A stretch of 59,930 bases of DNA, the filler included, from Dugesia japonica (lineage: Eukaryota), in the NCBI GenBank assembly GCA_001938525.1. It is 6 parts of 6 records of this genome, joined end to end, with 100 filler letters (N's around TTAATTAATTAA, not from the genome) between each part and the next. Parts side by side here need not be neighbours in the genome. Positions count along the whole stretch, not along the records: positions 37,283 to 47,689 come from MQRL01265446.1; positions 47,790 to 59,930 come from MQRL01594012.1; 4 more parts are not named here. One strand, written 5' to 3'. The stretch's first letter is position 1. Each line of letters starts with the position of its first letter. The notes under the pieces are model-generated. The model saw only the letters and a program-made list of their open reading frames with translations, made no database searches and was not told where the DNA came from. Below, one piece after another: positions 37,331-49,048 of the stretch. Made by a program: the position numbers and the translations under genes.

Positions 37331-38200
37331 TTAAAAGTCATCATAATTAATAAATAATGGAGTTGAATGAAAGGATTTCTGAAAACGCCTGCGTTTACAT
37401 TTGTGTATTATGACATAGAGTATTATTGGTGATAAAATAATAACAGAAGCACATACGACCATAATAATAATTCCTGTATTGCTAGATTCCTGTAATTCCA
37501 AATTTGTGGCATTTTCTGTAGGCATTTGAGATGTTGACTGACAGGGGAAGTTCCTACAGTTATATGTATAATATTTTTGAATTATTGTCGTATTATTCCA
37601 TTGAATTTGATGATCACGTTTCAAAGTAATACTATTGATATTGTTAGAATTATAAAATTGGCATTTGTAAATTCCATGACAATAAAATAAAATTATTTCC
37701 CATTTATTTGTTTTTAATAACAATGTTGACAATCCTAAATTTTCTTTTTGATTATGAGGACAAATAACAAAAAGTCGAAATTGATTTATCTCAAGAATAT
37801 CTAGAAAACTGTTTTCTTCTATATTTTTTGGATTCATAATTGTTAGAGAAGTTAAATTTTCTAGACCTTTAAAAGTTGCATAAGAAAAATTATTAACTTT
37901 AATATTTGGTATTTTGATTTCATTAATTTGTTTCACTTCGGCTAAAATTTTAACAAAGACCTCGCTAAATATTGATTCGACATGAACTTGATTTTCATTT
38001 GCAGATAATGTTATTGAGTTATTCTCATTGCTGTAATCACAATTAATTGATTGAAAAGTTGAATTATAATTAGAATTGTTAGCCTTACAAATTAAATTTC
38101 TCTTTTCTACATAACAGTTGATATTATTGCATTCCATTGAGATAAAATTGAAATAAAAATTAAAGGAGAAATATAAGAAAAGAATAAATTTAATATTCAT
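37331..38200 (-). CDS. Single-exon type I membrane protein with LRR-like ectodomain, 289 aa
   Basis: Hydrophobic N-terminal signal, Cys cap (ECNNINCYV..LICK), LRR-like NIKVNNFSYATFKGLENLTSLTIMNPKNIEENSF, TM GIIIMVVCASVIILSPIILYVII, basic stop-transfer HKCKRRR, tail ending YDDF. Confidence 0.7.
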   Translation of the reverse strand: MNIKFILFLYFSFNFYFNFISMECNNINCYVEKRNLICKANNSNYNSTFQSINCDYSNENNSITLSANENQVHVESIFSEVFVKILAEVKQINEIKIPNIKVNNFSYATFKGLENLTSLTIMNPKNIEENSFLDILEINQFRLFVICPHNQKENLGLSTLLLKTNKWEIILFYCHGIYKCQFYNSNNINSITLKRDHQIQWNNTTIIQKYYTYNCRNFPCQSTSQMPTENATNLELQESSNTGIIIMVVCASVIILSPIILYVIIHKCKRRRFQKSFHSTPLFINYDDF

Positions 38201-41200
38201 AATTATTAACGTAAGATTTTAATGAACGGAAGTTATTTTATAAACAGTTAGATCAACAAATTTTACTTAATGGTTTATAATTTATAAACAAGAATAAATT
38301 GATAATNNNNNNNNNNNNNNNNNNNNNNNNNNNNNNNNNNNNNNNNNNNNNNNNNNNNNNNNNNNNNNNNNNNNNNNNNNNNNNNNNNNNNNNNNNNNNN
38401 NNNNNNNNNNNNNNNNNNNNNNNNNNNNNNNNNNNNNNNNNNNNNNNNNNNNNNNNNNAATACTCAATCTAGAGATATTTATAAAGAAAAACGAAATCCT
38501 CTAATCACAGTACTAATTAACTAGAATTCATTTCTCAGCTTTAGCGTAGCTTTGTGGGCAGCATATTCTTGACGAGAGGTCGTCTAGTGTGAATTAGATA
38601 TGAATTTATTTAGTTAGCTGGATATAAAGTTTCAATTAGTTTTGTATGAAGAAAAAAATGTGAAGAACTAATTAATAAATTAGAAATGAAAGCATGTAAA
38701 ATTTCCACTGAGAATAAATCAGTAGAAGATCGAACTGAAAAATCATACTAGAAAAATGGAATTCTTTACCGAATACATTTGGTGCAATGAAAAAGATTAG
38801 CAACTTCACTATTAAATAGGTTGCAATCATCATATGAGTAAGTAGATGTGAGCGCATGACCGCAGGTCCCCCACTAGCGAAAATATATTACACCTGCAGT
38901 ATGCTATCGTACTGGTTATCGTGGATTTATTGATTTTTGATAGGATCAAAATCGACAAAAATGAATTTTTTTCTTTTAATTAATGGGGGAATTTTGCGGG
39001 AATTTTAAATTTTGTTTTAATTTAACACATTAATTAACACATTACGATTGTGCTATGATTTTTTGGTTATTTTTTTTCTAAGATTTTTGGGATCAAAATG
39101 TTTTTGATCGGATCAGTTTTTTTGATTCTGGGGATGCGCGTGTGTATTTTTAAATTTTAAAATTTGTGTGTGTTTGAGTTGCTAAGTTTAAAAAGTAGGT
39201 CAGTTTAAAAAGAAGTAGTAGTTTAAAAAGTTGCTACTTTAAAAAGTAGGTCAAGTTGAGTTTGTGTGTGTGGTTGTGTGTGTACGTGTAAGAATGATTT
39301 TGGACTCGAGGAGGAGCTGGAGATCTTGGAAATGATTTTTTTGGAGTTATTAAGGTTAGATTGTGGCTTGAAAAAAATTTGGTCTATACATTCTCTAATG
39401 GATTTATGAGATTGGATGGATGGTTTTCGCTAGAAGGGTAGTAGCGCCCTGCCACAGGCGTATGAGTTATCGTGGCGTGTTTTTTGGGAGGGTGTAGATT
39501 AATATGGGGTTATTGGATTTAGAGGGTTGATGAGTTGTTGGAAAGGTAATGTGATGGAAAATATTTTGTATGTCGAATGTGCTTTGATTTTTTATTTTAA
39601 GAGCTTGAATTTGATTAGCTGATATTTGTAAGTAGTATAAAAAACTTTTCGGGAGGGGAAGAGTGGTATGGGTGGAAAGATAATTAATTATCAAATTTTT
39701 TAAAATTTATTTGAAATTTTTCTGCCGCGTGGTTATGATGTCATAATCTTTTGAAATCTTTATTTTGAGAAAAATGCTGTATTTTGCTTAAATTGATGAA
39801 TTATTCGAAAGTAATGGTATTTTTGAGTATATTTTGAGTATTTATGATTGGGAAGGGTTGTTTTTAATATTTTTCGATGTTGGAAGAAGGGATTCTTTAT
39901 ATTTTTGAAAACATTTTTGGTGGTAAATGTAAAAATTATTTTTTGGCGGGAAATTCAAAAATTTATTTTTGCATGGGAAATTTATATTTTTTTGAGCAGT
40001 CTTGATATTTATGGATGGGGAGTCTCTTTATATTGAATGAAATGGAGCAGTCTAAAATTCCCAGGCACGTGATTTTCAATGTATGTGTGTTGCATCTGAG
40101 TTGCATGTCTATTGCATTTATTAATAAAAAATGTCCAGGCTCGTGATTTTTAATGTATGTGTGTTGTATATTCATTGCATAAATATTGCATACATATTGT
40201 ATTCATTAATAAAACACTATTTACAATAAGAAACATTTATTACAACAACAACTATTTTTCTTTTCTTCTTTAATTTTTTTCTTCTTCTAGATAGATTTCT
40301 ATTGGTTCCTGAATTTCTATTGGTTCTTGGTTGGTTTCTATCCTTTCTATAACCAATAAAATTATACAGCAAGTACAAAATTACAGATTCTTTTAAATAT
40401 TTCATTATACTAAAAATGGTAGATTTTCGCAATTCATCGCACAAGCAAAATGAATTGTTCAAGAAGATAGATATATGCAACAAAGGTAATAAAGATAGTG
40501 CAGATACTCTATCCAATCAAAGATATACAGTGTTAACAATCGCGAATCAAACCTATACACTAAACTATATGGACAATTTAAATAGGTGTATAGTAAATAA
40601 AGTAGAGAGAATAAAAGGAGAATACAATAGTAGGTAGATAGTGGCACACGGGCACAATTTTTAAATTACACCCTTCCCCCAGATGAGGGGAGGCTTGGAA
40701 ACATATTCCGTTAAAGCTGCGTTTTTTTAGACATGATTTTTGTACTCGTTTTTTTCCTAAGATTTTTGGGATCGAAATTTTTTGATCGGATCAATTTTTT
40801 TGATCTGATAAGTTTTTTATCCGGAAAGTGTGTGTGCATTTTTAAATTTTAAATTTTGTATGTGTTTCGGTTGATAAGGTGGTTTTTAAAAAAAAAGGTC
40901 AAGTTGTGTCTGTGTGCGGTTGTGTATGTGTAAAAGACTGGAAAAAACGAGGAGGTGGAGCTGGAGATCTTGTAGATAATTTTTTTGTGGTTTTGAAGAT
41001 TTTTTTGTTGTTGGACAAAAATTTGGTCTATATATTGTCTAAAAGACTTATGACTTTGGATGGATGGTTTTTGCTACAAGGATAGTGTCACACGGGCACA
41101 GTTGTATGAGTTATCGTGGGTAAATTTTGTGGGGGTTGTAGGTTTTTATGTTTTTGATGGAATTTGTTGGTTGATGTGTTGTTGGAGAGGTAATGTGACG

Positions 41201-42214
41201 GTGAAGATTTTAGTTGTCAAATGTGCTTTGACTTTTTATTTTAAGGGCTTGATTTTGATTGGTTTATTTTGTAAGTAGTATAAGTGTGTTTAAAGAATTT
41301 TTCGTGAAGTGGAGGTATGGTATGTGTGGAAAGAGAATTAATTATTGGATTTTTTANGATTTATTTGAAATTTTTCTGTCAGTTGGTTATGAAGTCATAA
41401 TTTTTTGAAATATTTAATTTGGTTAAAAATGCTGTATTTGATGAATTTAATGAAAGTAATGTTATTTTTGAGTATTTGATGTATTTTTGGATATTTTTTC
41501 GGTATTTTTATCAGGGAAGTGTTGTTTTGTAAGATTTTTGAACGAGGAAGAGGGTAGTCTTGATATTTTAAAAAACTTTTGGCGGGAAATTTAAAAAAAT
41601 ATTTTTGGTATAAAATTCAAAAAAAAAATATATTTGGCCAAAATTCAAAAAAAAATATTTTTGGTTGGGAATTTTTCATTGCAATGGGGGGATATCTTTT
41701 TATTATAATTAAATTAAATTTAATTTAATTTAATTACTTTTTTATGTACGAGATGGGATAGTCTTGATATTTTGCATGCAGAGTCTCTATATTTTGCAAA
41801 AAATGGGCAGTCTTGATATTTTTTAAGATATTAATACAAGATATTGGGCAATCTTGATATTTTTTAAGATATTGTTGGGTTTTTAGGATTTCAAATAATT
41901 TGAATTTAATATCTGCACTCTACGTAATCGAATATTTTCCTAGATACACAAGTTCGATCTTTTTCGTCTAGGGGCATACCTAAAAACCACAAGCATTTGA
42001 GTCACCTCTGTGACATGCCCCTCTTAACACGGGTTCAGCGCAACTTTGCGGTATCGCGTCTTACGTTTCTTTTTCATGAACCCCCATCACAATCACGCTC
42101 ATTTGCTTAGTATTGATTTTCCATAAATCAGGTTTAAAAAATAAATAAATAGTCATACATAACCGCGAATAAATATAATAAGAATCAATGACTTTGAGAA
42201 CTATTTATTCACCT

Positions 42215-42540
42215 CTATTCACATGCATCTAAATCCACCATGGTATTCCCCACGCGCGGCTCATCCGCTGGATTTCGGTACAACAACCACAGTGCCCTCA
42301 AATTGTTGAAGACCATGGCCTCTCTGTCGGCATAAAGTTTGATAATTTCGGCCATCAACCGATTGGTTTGCTTCAATGCCAACTCTTTCTCTTTCAGTTG
42401 TTGATATTTGCTACTATGCTTGGTAGCCTGGCTCTTCAGTTGCAGTACTTCATTTCTTAGCACCCGACACTCCTCTTTCCATTTCTTCAGCAGGGCTATC
42501 ATCTCTTTCGTTGAAGTCTTATTATCCGGTGTCGGATTCA
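42215..42540 (-). CDS. Cassette ORF, coiled-coil protein of unknown function; starts at an acceptor-like tttcag|TG
   Basis: Open frame NPTPDNKTSTKEMIALLKKWKEECRVLRNEVLQLKSQ...DACE with heptad character, GC-richer than its flanks. Confidence 0.55.
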
Positions 42541-43070
42541 CTGAAATAATCATAATAGTTAATTTTGACATCAATTATTCGACTACGTATCGGTTGAAAT
42601 ATAAAAATGAGAAATTGTCAAATTATTTCAATTATTTACAAGGTTAAAGTCTTATACTATGAAATTGATTCTTATTACTGCTAATACTGAGAACAAGAGT
42701 CGATTGTATACAGCAGTATTATTCAAATAAAACCTATTTCATGACAACGACTCAATGATGTTTTCTCGATTCGATACGGATCAAATGAATTGTCCGGTGA
42801 TTACTACGTTTCCTTGTAAATAAACTCAACAACAAAGGATTAGTTATAATCCATTATCCCCTAATTTGCGAATACATTTCTTATCTTCACTCTCATTTTG
42901 GTTTATTTAATTAAAGAAAAATTTCTTTTTGACTAACAATTAAAATTAAAATTATTCAAAGATTGCCTCTGCAATCATTGTGACATACATATCACTTTAT
43001 TTTTCTCTAACAAAAACTCAACTAGATTAAAATCAAAAAAAACAGTTCTCATTGAACACTCGGTATATTT

Positions 43071-43496
43071 TTATTTTTTGTTCACCACATCGACATTTGT
43101 GACAGGACCGCTCAGACCCATCAAATCTCGTATGATCGTGTATTCTTCTTCCTCAGCTTGGGATTCCAGGGTGCTGTTCTCATCAATCCAGCTTCCCATT
43201 TCCGCTTTCGAATGTCCATTATCCTCCGTCAATGTTCCCGATCCGGTCTCCTCAATAACCGCCCTTAATTCATCCCGTTGGGTCGTGAGGAGGCGTAAAT
43301 TTTCCTCCAGGAGAGCAATTCGCAGATTCGCGATCTCAAAATCGGCGCTTAAATCTGAAGTTGCCTCGGCACAATATTTCTTCTCCAGGTGGATCATACT
43401 CTGAACCTCTGACCATTCAATATAATATGTTCCGTTACTGTCGAAATATTGCCAGATATATCAAGGCCGCTTGAGGTTTCGTCTCCTGTTTACCAT
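43071..43496 (-). pseudogene. Cassette ORF, coiled-coil/acidic protein with one in-frame stop
   Basis: ttag|ATG VNRRRNLKRP*YIWQYFDSNGTYYIEWSEVQSMIHLEKKYC...LRIALLEENLRLLTTQRDEL...NKK. Confidence 0.55.
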
Positions 43497-46400
43497 CTAA
43501 TAAATGACCAACAATTATTATCAATCAAAACAAATAAGCATATTAGGGTAATCTTAATAATATTTATTAATGCAAATGGATAATTTTTGAAACGATTTCT
43601 TCGGCCTGAGGCCTATCATTTTTTCCGTTTCAGAACATGAACCAGAGAAGATACCTGCTGGAAACAGCCATCTTTCCTCGTTCCCATTATTGACAAATAA
43701 TATCATTAGATCAACACAATCCTGAAACAACAACTTATTTTAAATACAACGAAAAATGTAATAATTAATAATCACGGAGCCAATAATAAAACTGTGTAGA
43801 TATTTTAATCAAACCATAAGTTGAATAAATATTTTAATGATAAAATTTAATTCATGACAAATATGTCCACGATGTGTGAACAGTTAAATAAATCTCCAAT
43901 AATGGGAACATTACTATTACAAATCAAACAACAGACAAAAAATTGAATTGGAGCATAATAAGTCTGATATAAACTGCTACTCGGTGAAATTTGGCAAGAG
44001 CTCCATTTTCTCCTCAACCCACAGTCACTATCTCACAACTCTTTCCTTAATTCTCGGCATTTAATTCTCCTCAAACTATACTCGTGGAACATTCTCCTTA
44101 TGATCTCTATCAGTCTCGTACTGATCTCAAATCTCTTTTCATATAGTTGAACAACCATTTAACTCCCCAACGCTCCCTTAGTCTCACGAGTTATTATTTC
44201 AACAAATTTGGGTAAGTAAAATTATCTCTCGCTCGCGAGCATACCACGATCATCTCTAAAACCTATCAACACCAAAACAAAAATTTTTAAAATAAACTTC
44301 TGATTATTTTCTCCGTGTATCGATATTTCTTTCCTTCGAAGATTGACGAGCTCTCATTGCTCGCCCAATCGTTTGTCCTCGTTCTGTAATCTCGACATTC
44401 TATTGGATATTGTTTCCTGTTTCTCGTGAATACTTCTGTTGTTGTGCGGATTTCTCTATCCGACCGATGATTGACATCGAATTTGGAAAACCAAATTCGT
44501 GTGGTCAGGAGAATGTCCTTGTCTCACTATCTAGTTTTTCAACTGAATCATCGCTTGGAAAAACCAGAAATAAACGTGACTGGACCAGAATAAATCGAAT
44601 TTTTAATAATATTAAACGCTAATTAGCGTTATTTATAATAACGATAATGGGTCGTAGAGGCNNNNNNNNNNNNNNNNNNNNNNNNNTTATAGTATTTTAT
44701 ATTATTTTTATTATTTGGCTTATTATTTCCTATTGATACATCCAAAATTCATTACTACTTCTTCAAATTTGGGTCCTCTACGCCCAATTTTCATTTTTTT
44801 CTCGTCTCAATAATAATTGTATAATAATTTTAATAATAATAATTACATAATAATAATGATGATATAAGGTAAAATATCTGGTCCAGTACCAATTTTCATT
44901 TAATTTTCCACTTGCTCTCTGATAATTTTCGTATTATTTGGGGATGCTTTGTTATCTCTTTTGCACCAAAATTATGTGTTCTAGCCCAACAATATTATTA
45001 CAAGAAATTTATGCATGGTATGGGCAGTCTTGATATTTTCGAGTATATTATTACAAGATATCAAACAATCTTGATATTTTTTAAGATATTATTACAAGAT
45101 ATCGGTAGTCTTGATATTTTTTATAAGATATTATTACAACATATTTATGCATGTTATAGGCAGTCTTGATATTTTTTAAGACATTATTACAAGATATCGG
45201 AAAGTCTTGGTATTTTGCATGGTATGAGCAGTCTTGAAATTTTGAATGGCTAGCTACTATATTTAACATGAGAGCCTCTATATTTAGCATGGGATGGGAC
45301 AGACTTGATATTTTGCAAGGTATGAGACAGTCTAAAATTCATAGGCACGTAAATTTCAGTGCATGTGTGTTGCATCTGAGTTTTATCTGAGCTATATACC
45401 AATTTCATTTAAAATATCAATAAAAATTCCCAGACATGTGATTTTTAATGTATGTGTGTTGCACCTGAGTTGCAACTGAGTTGCATATCTATTGCATTTA
45501 AAAAAAATCAAAATGCCGGCTATTTTGAGTTTTATAAACTTATTTTTTGGTGAGAAATTTATTAAAAATTCCCAGACATGTGATTTTTAATGTATGTGTG
45601 TTGCATCTGAGTTGCAACTGAGTTCCATATATATTGCATTTAAAAGAAATCAAAATGGCGGCTATGTTGAGTTTTAAAAACTTATTTTTTGGTGAGAAAT
45701 TTATTAAAAATTCTCAGACTTGTGATTTCCAGTGATTTTCAGTGTATATGTGTTGCAGCTGTAATGCTTCTAAGTTGCATTTATGAAAGTATATCTATAA
45801 AAAAAACTTCAAAGAGGGGAGTCTTTGTGATATTTACATAATAAAAAAATTATTAAAATTAACCAAAGAGAGGCGTCTTTGTGATATTTGCATAATAAAA
45901 TATAACTTTTATTAAAATATTCAAATAAAAAAGTTCATAGAGGGGAGTCTTTGTAATATTTGCATTATATAATATTCAAAATAAAACTTTTCTTTACAAG
46001 ATGATAAAAACATAGAAATGTTTTCATAAAAATATATTATTGATGCAATTTTAAATAAAAAGTATCATTAGTGTTGCAATTTTTAATAAAAAACATATTG
46101 ATTGAGAACATTTATGAGAACAAAATGATAAAAAACATAGGACTTTTCCATATATAGCTAATAAGACTATATAAAAATATTTTCATGATTGTATAGTTAC
46201 CTTGTATTACTTTTTACATAGCAACAATGTATTATTTACATAATGACCCTTTATTATATGGTTTATGAGTATATTATTTGCATAGCAACAATGTATTTTA
46301 AAGATTTTGAATGTATTATTACATAGTAACCTGGCTTATCGTGTTTATAAGTATATTATTTACATATCAACCGCGTAATAAGAGATCACCATGCAAAGTG

Positions 46401-46714
46401 TATGTTAATGAAATTAATTTATTTAAAATATTGTTTTTTGTTTACTGATTTTTATCAAAAAAAGAAAACAATTATCCAATAAAACATTTATTAATATAAC
46501 ATTTATTAATTAAACATATTTTTCTCATATTTTTCAGTCATCTTCAAAATCTTTTCTTTTAAAATTTCACAATGGTTCTTATTTTAATTGAAAGGAAAAT
46601 CCGATTGAAGTTCTATGAGGAAGTTGTCCATAACTTGAAACATGTCTCTTGCTTTTGTTTGCAATAAATGTTTAAAATATTTATTCATCATCAACAGCAT
46701 ATATTCATGAAGTA

Positions 46715-47689
46715 TTAGGTTGTCACATATGAAATGTCCAATTACGTAATAGACAATAAAATCAATAAAAGTCCAATAAAATCAAATTTTATTTAAGTAA
46801 AATAGTCACCATCGGATTCTATACATTTTTTGCCATCTAGACACTAGTTTCAAAATACAATTAGCAAAAAACATTTTTTCTCTGGAGTCTATGAATTCGG
46901 ATATGGGCATTTTGACATCCTCCCAAAAAATTATCAAAATACTTAAAAAAATGACAATCTGTTGGAGATAAGTCGGGCGAATATGGTGGATGTGGCAAAG
47001 TTTCAATTTTTTAGTCTGTCAACTTTTGCGGGCATTATCATGCAAGAGGATGATTCCTTTTCTATTGACCAATGAAGGCTGTTTAATGCATAAATGTTTG
47101 TGCATTAAATAAATTTCAGAACAGTTTTTGTCTGAGTTAATAGTTTGACCTTCTTCTAACAAAGAAAAATGTATGACTCTAGCTATGGACCACCAAACTG
47201 TCAGCATTGTCTTTTTCGGATGTAAATCCGGTTTAGAACAGTGTAAAGGAGGTTGATCGGCATCTAATCATTGTGCAGAACGTCTACGATTGTGATGAAT
47301 AACCCATTTTTCATCACAANNNNNNNNNNNNNNNNNNNNNNNNNNNNNNNNNNNNNNNNNNNNNNNNNNNNNNNNNNNNNNNNNNNNNNNNNNNNNNNNN
47401 NNNNNNNNNNNNNNNNNNNNNNNNNNNNNNNNNNNNNNNNNTTTTTTCTTTCCAATGCCTTTCAAATGACGGGAAATTGTTTGACGACTAACGTCTAACG
47501 TTTTACTAAGTTGTCGAACTGATTGACTAGTGTTTAGTTCCACTTCAAGTTTTACATCGTCGTTGCTAATAACAACAACGGGGCGCCCCCTTTTCATATT
47601 GACCCGGGTTTATTTACCCTTTTCAAATTTGTCGAACCATCTCCGAAGAGTTCTTTCATTAGCTGAACCCTCTCCAAATGCAAAATTAA
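46715..47689 (-). mobile_element. Mariner element, degenerate, cut by the contig end
   Basis: TA + ttaggttgtcacatatgaaat terminus; RGRP, CDEKWVIHHN, LHPKKTMLTVWWS, ILLHDNA and HPPYSPDLSPTD motifs. Confidence 0.9.
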
Positions 47690-49048
47690 NNNNNNNNNNN
47701 NNNNNNNNNNNNNNNNNNNNNNNNNNNNNNNNNTTAATTAATTAANNNNNNNNNNNNNNNNNNNNNNNNNNNNNNNNNNNNNNNNNNNNCCTAATTTTCA
47801 GGTTGTGGAATCAAATATTAGCTTCATTTCTCAGCATTTTTACCAGAAAAAAAATATTTCGAAGAATACAATGAATATCTTCCGGTTAGACAAATACTTC
47901 AATTGAGAAATGTGGTTTTCTATAAGTTTTTTCAACCACGATTTCAACTGAATATTTAATATGAGATTCTGCTGGATCTTCNNNNNNNNNNNNNNNNNNN
48001 NNNNNNNNNNNNNNNNGTTCTTCCAATTATTGAAAAGAATTTAGTATTTCAAAAAATTCTTTGTGATTTAAAAAGTCTAATTAGTAATATAGAGTAAATT
48101 TATCAGGGATCTTTATATTTGTTTGATTTTTCAACTATTGAAGAAATAAAAACGCTTGAACACTTAAAAGAAATTCGTGACGGCAGACTAAAGAATAAAA
48201 GAATCCGGAGTTCAGCGAAGTCTAAACAATTTGCAATTAAAGGTGGATATTGTAAACAATACAGGCATAACAGAAGATCTTGTTAAATTATTTATTAATA
48301 ATTAATATTTTATTTATTACAATAAATTATGTGGCATTTTTGGAAATATTTTTTTAAAAACATTTTATTTGTTTTTTTAATTTTTTTAAGATTTATTATT
48401 TTTTTTGTAATTTTATTTTTGTTAGTGAAGTTTTGTCTAATATTTTTAGTTTTGTATTGCAGAAATTTTTAGACTTATTTAATTGTCAATTTAGTTGTGT
48501 TAGAAAATAAATGTTTCCTGAAAATGAATATATTCTGAATGTAGGGTATTTAGACCCAACCCCTGATAATCAAATTATAATTATTGTAAATAATTTTTAT
48601 AGCGTAAATAATTGTGTAAAAATAATTTCCTAAAATTTATATTTTCAAATTTTATGTAAAATATTAAGTTTTTTTAATAGTTATCAGAAAAAAAAATTAT
48701 TATTTAAATATTTATTAAAAGAGTTATCAAGTGTCAATTTCAAATCAGAATGCAAATAAATAGTTTGGAAGCTATTATTATGGTTAAAAATAAAATTATT
48801 GTAATTAATAAAACTGAAATCAAAATGTGTAATGAAAATTCTGTATTAACTAATAAACATAAAATTCTGAAACATTATTGTACTATTAATGATAACATGA
48901 AAAATTTATTTTTTAGTAATAAAAGCTAATATATAAAATATTTCAAAAAATATTTGCATACACAATAATTTAATTATCCAATCAAATTTAAATAAATAAT
49001 TTATTTATATTTTTAAATACTATGTCTGATATGCTAACTTTGATATAT

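Larger units (their letters stand above)
41873..44991 (-). mobile_element. TG...CA-bounded 3.1-kb insertion (solo-LTR-like) carrying an array of short ORF cassettes
   Basis: Termini TGTTGGG and CCCAACA. The ATAT duplication at 41869-41872 and 44992-44995 splits the host repeat unit ttaagatattattacaag. No RT, integrase or transposase motif recognised. Confidence 0.85.
38870..46390. repeat. Large complex repeat/mobile element (host of the 41873-44991 insertion) with a duplicated ~0.9-kb module and minisatellites
   Basis: 39050-39990 and 40735-41660 are diverged direct copies. gcagtcttgatatt repeats lie on both sides of the insertion. ~145-bp tandem units at 45420-45780, gagaggggagtctttgt repeats at 45810-45965, catagcaac repeats at 46217-46371. 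Confidence 0.7.

Noticed and set aside
38525-38857. Small two-exon secreted peptide gene (MMIATYLIVKLLIFFIAPNVF|DDLSSRICCPQSYAKAEK)
   Set aside because: The splice sites are plausible, but it is too short and has no homology support.
42015-42026. aagaggggca|tgtcac as a PPT plus the start of a 140-bp LTR
   Set aside because: No second copy of such an LTR occurs at the other end. The purine run is also one arm of the aggggcat/atgcccct stem.
35295-44579. Flatworm spliced-leader trans-splicing as the source of cassette start codons
   Set aside because: Flatworm SLs end in AUG and would join in phase 0, while most cassettes need phase 1. The organism is also not confirmed.
41873-44991. Using 'all stops are restorable by T-to-C' as evidence for cassette frames, or for an alternative genetic code
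   Set aside because: Every stop codon begins with T, so the observation is trivial. All three stop types occur, and host genes use the standard code.
41873-44991. Ginger-type DNA transposon
   Set aside because: TGT ends and a 4-bp TSD fit, but the inverted match is only 7 bp and no integrase-like ORF is visible; not fully excluded.
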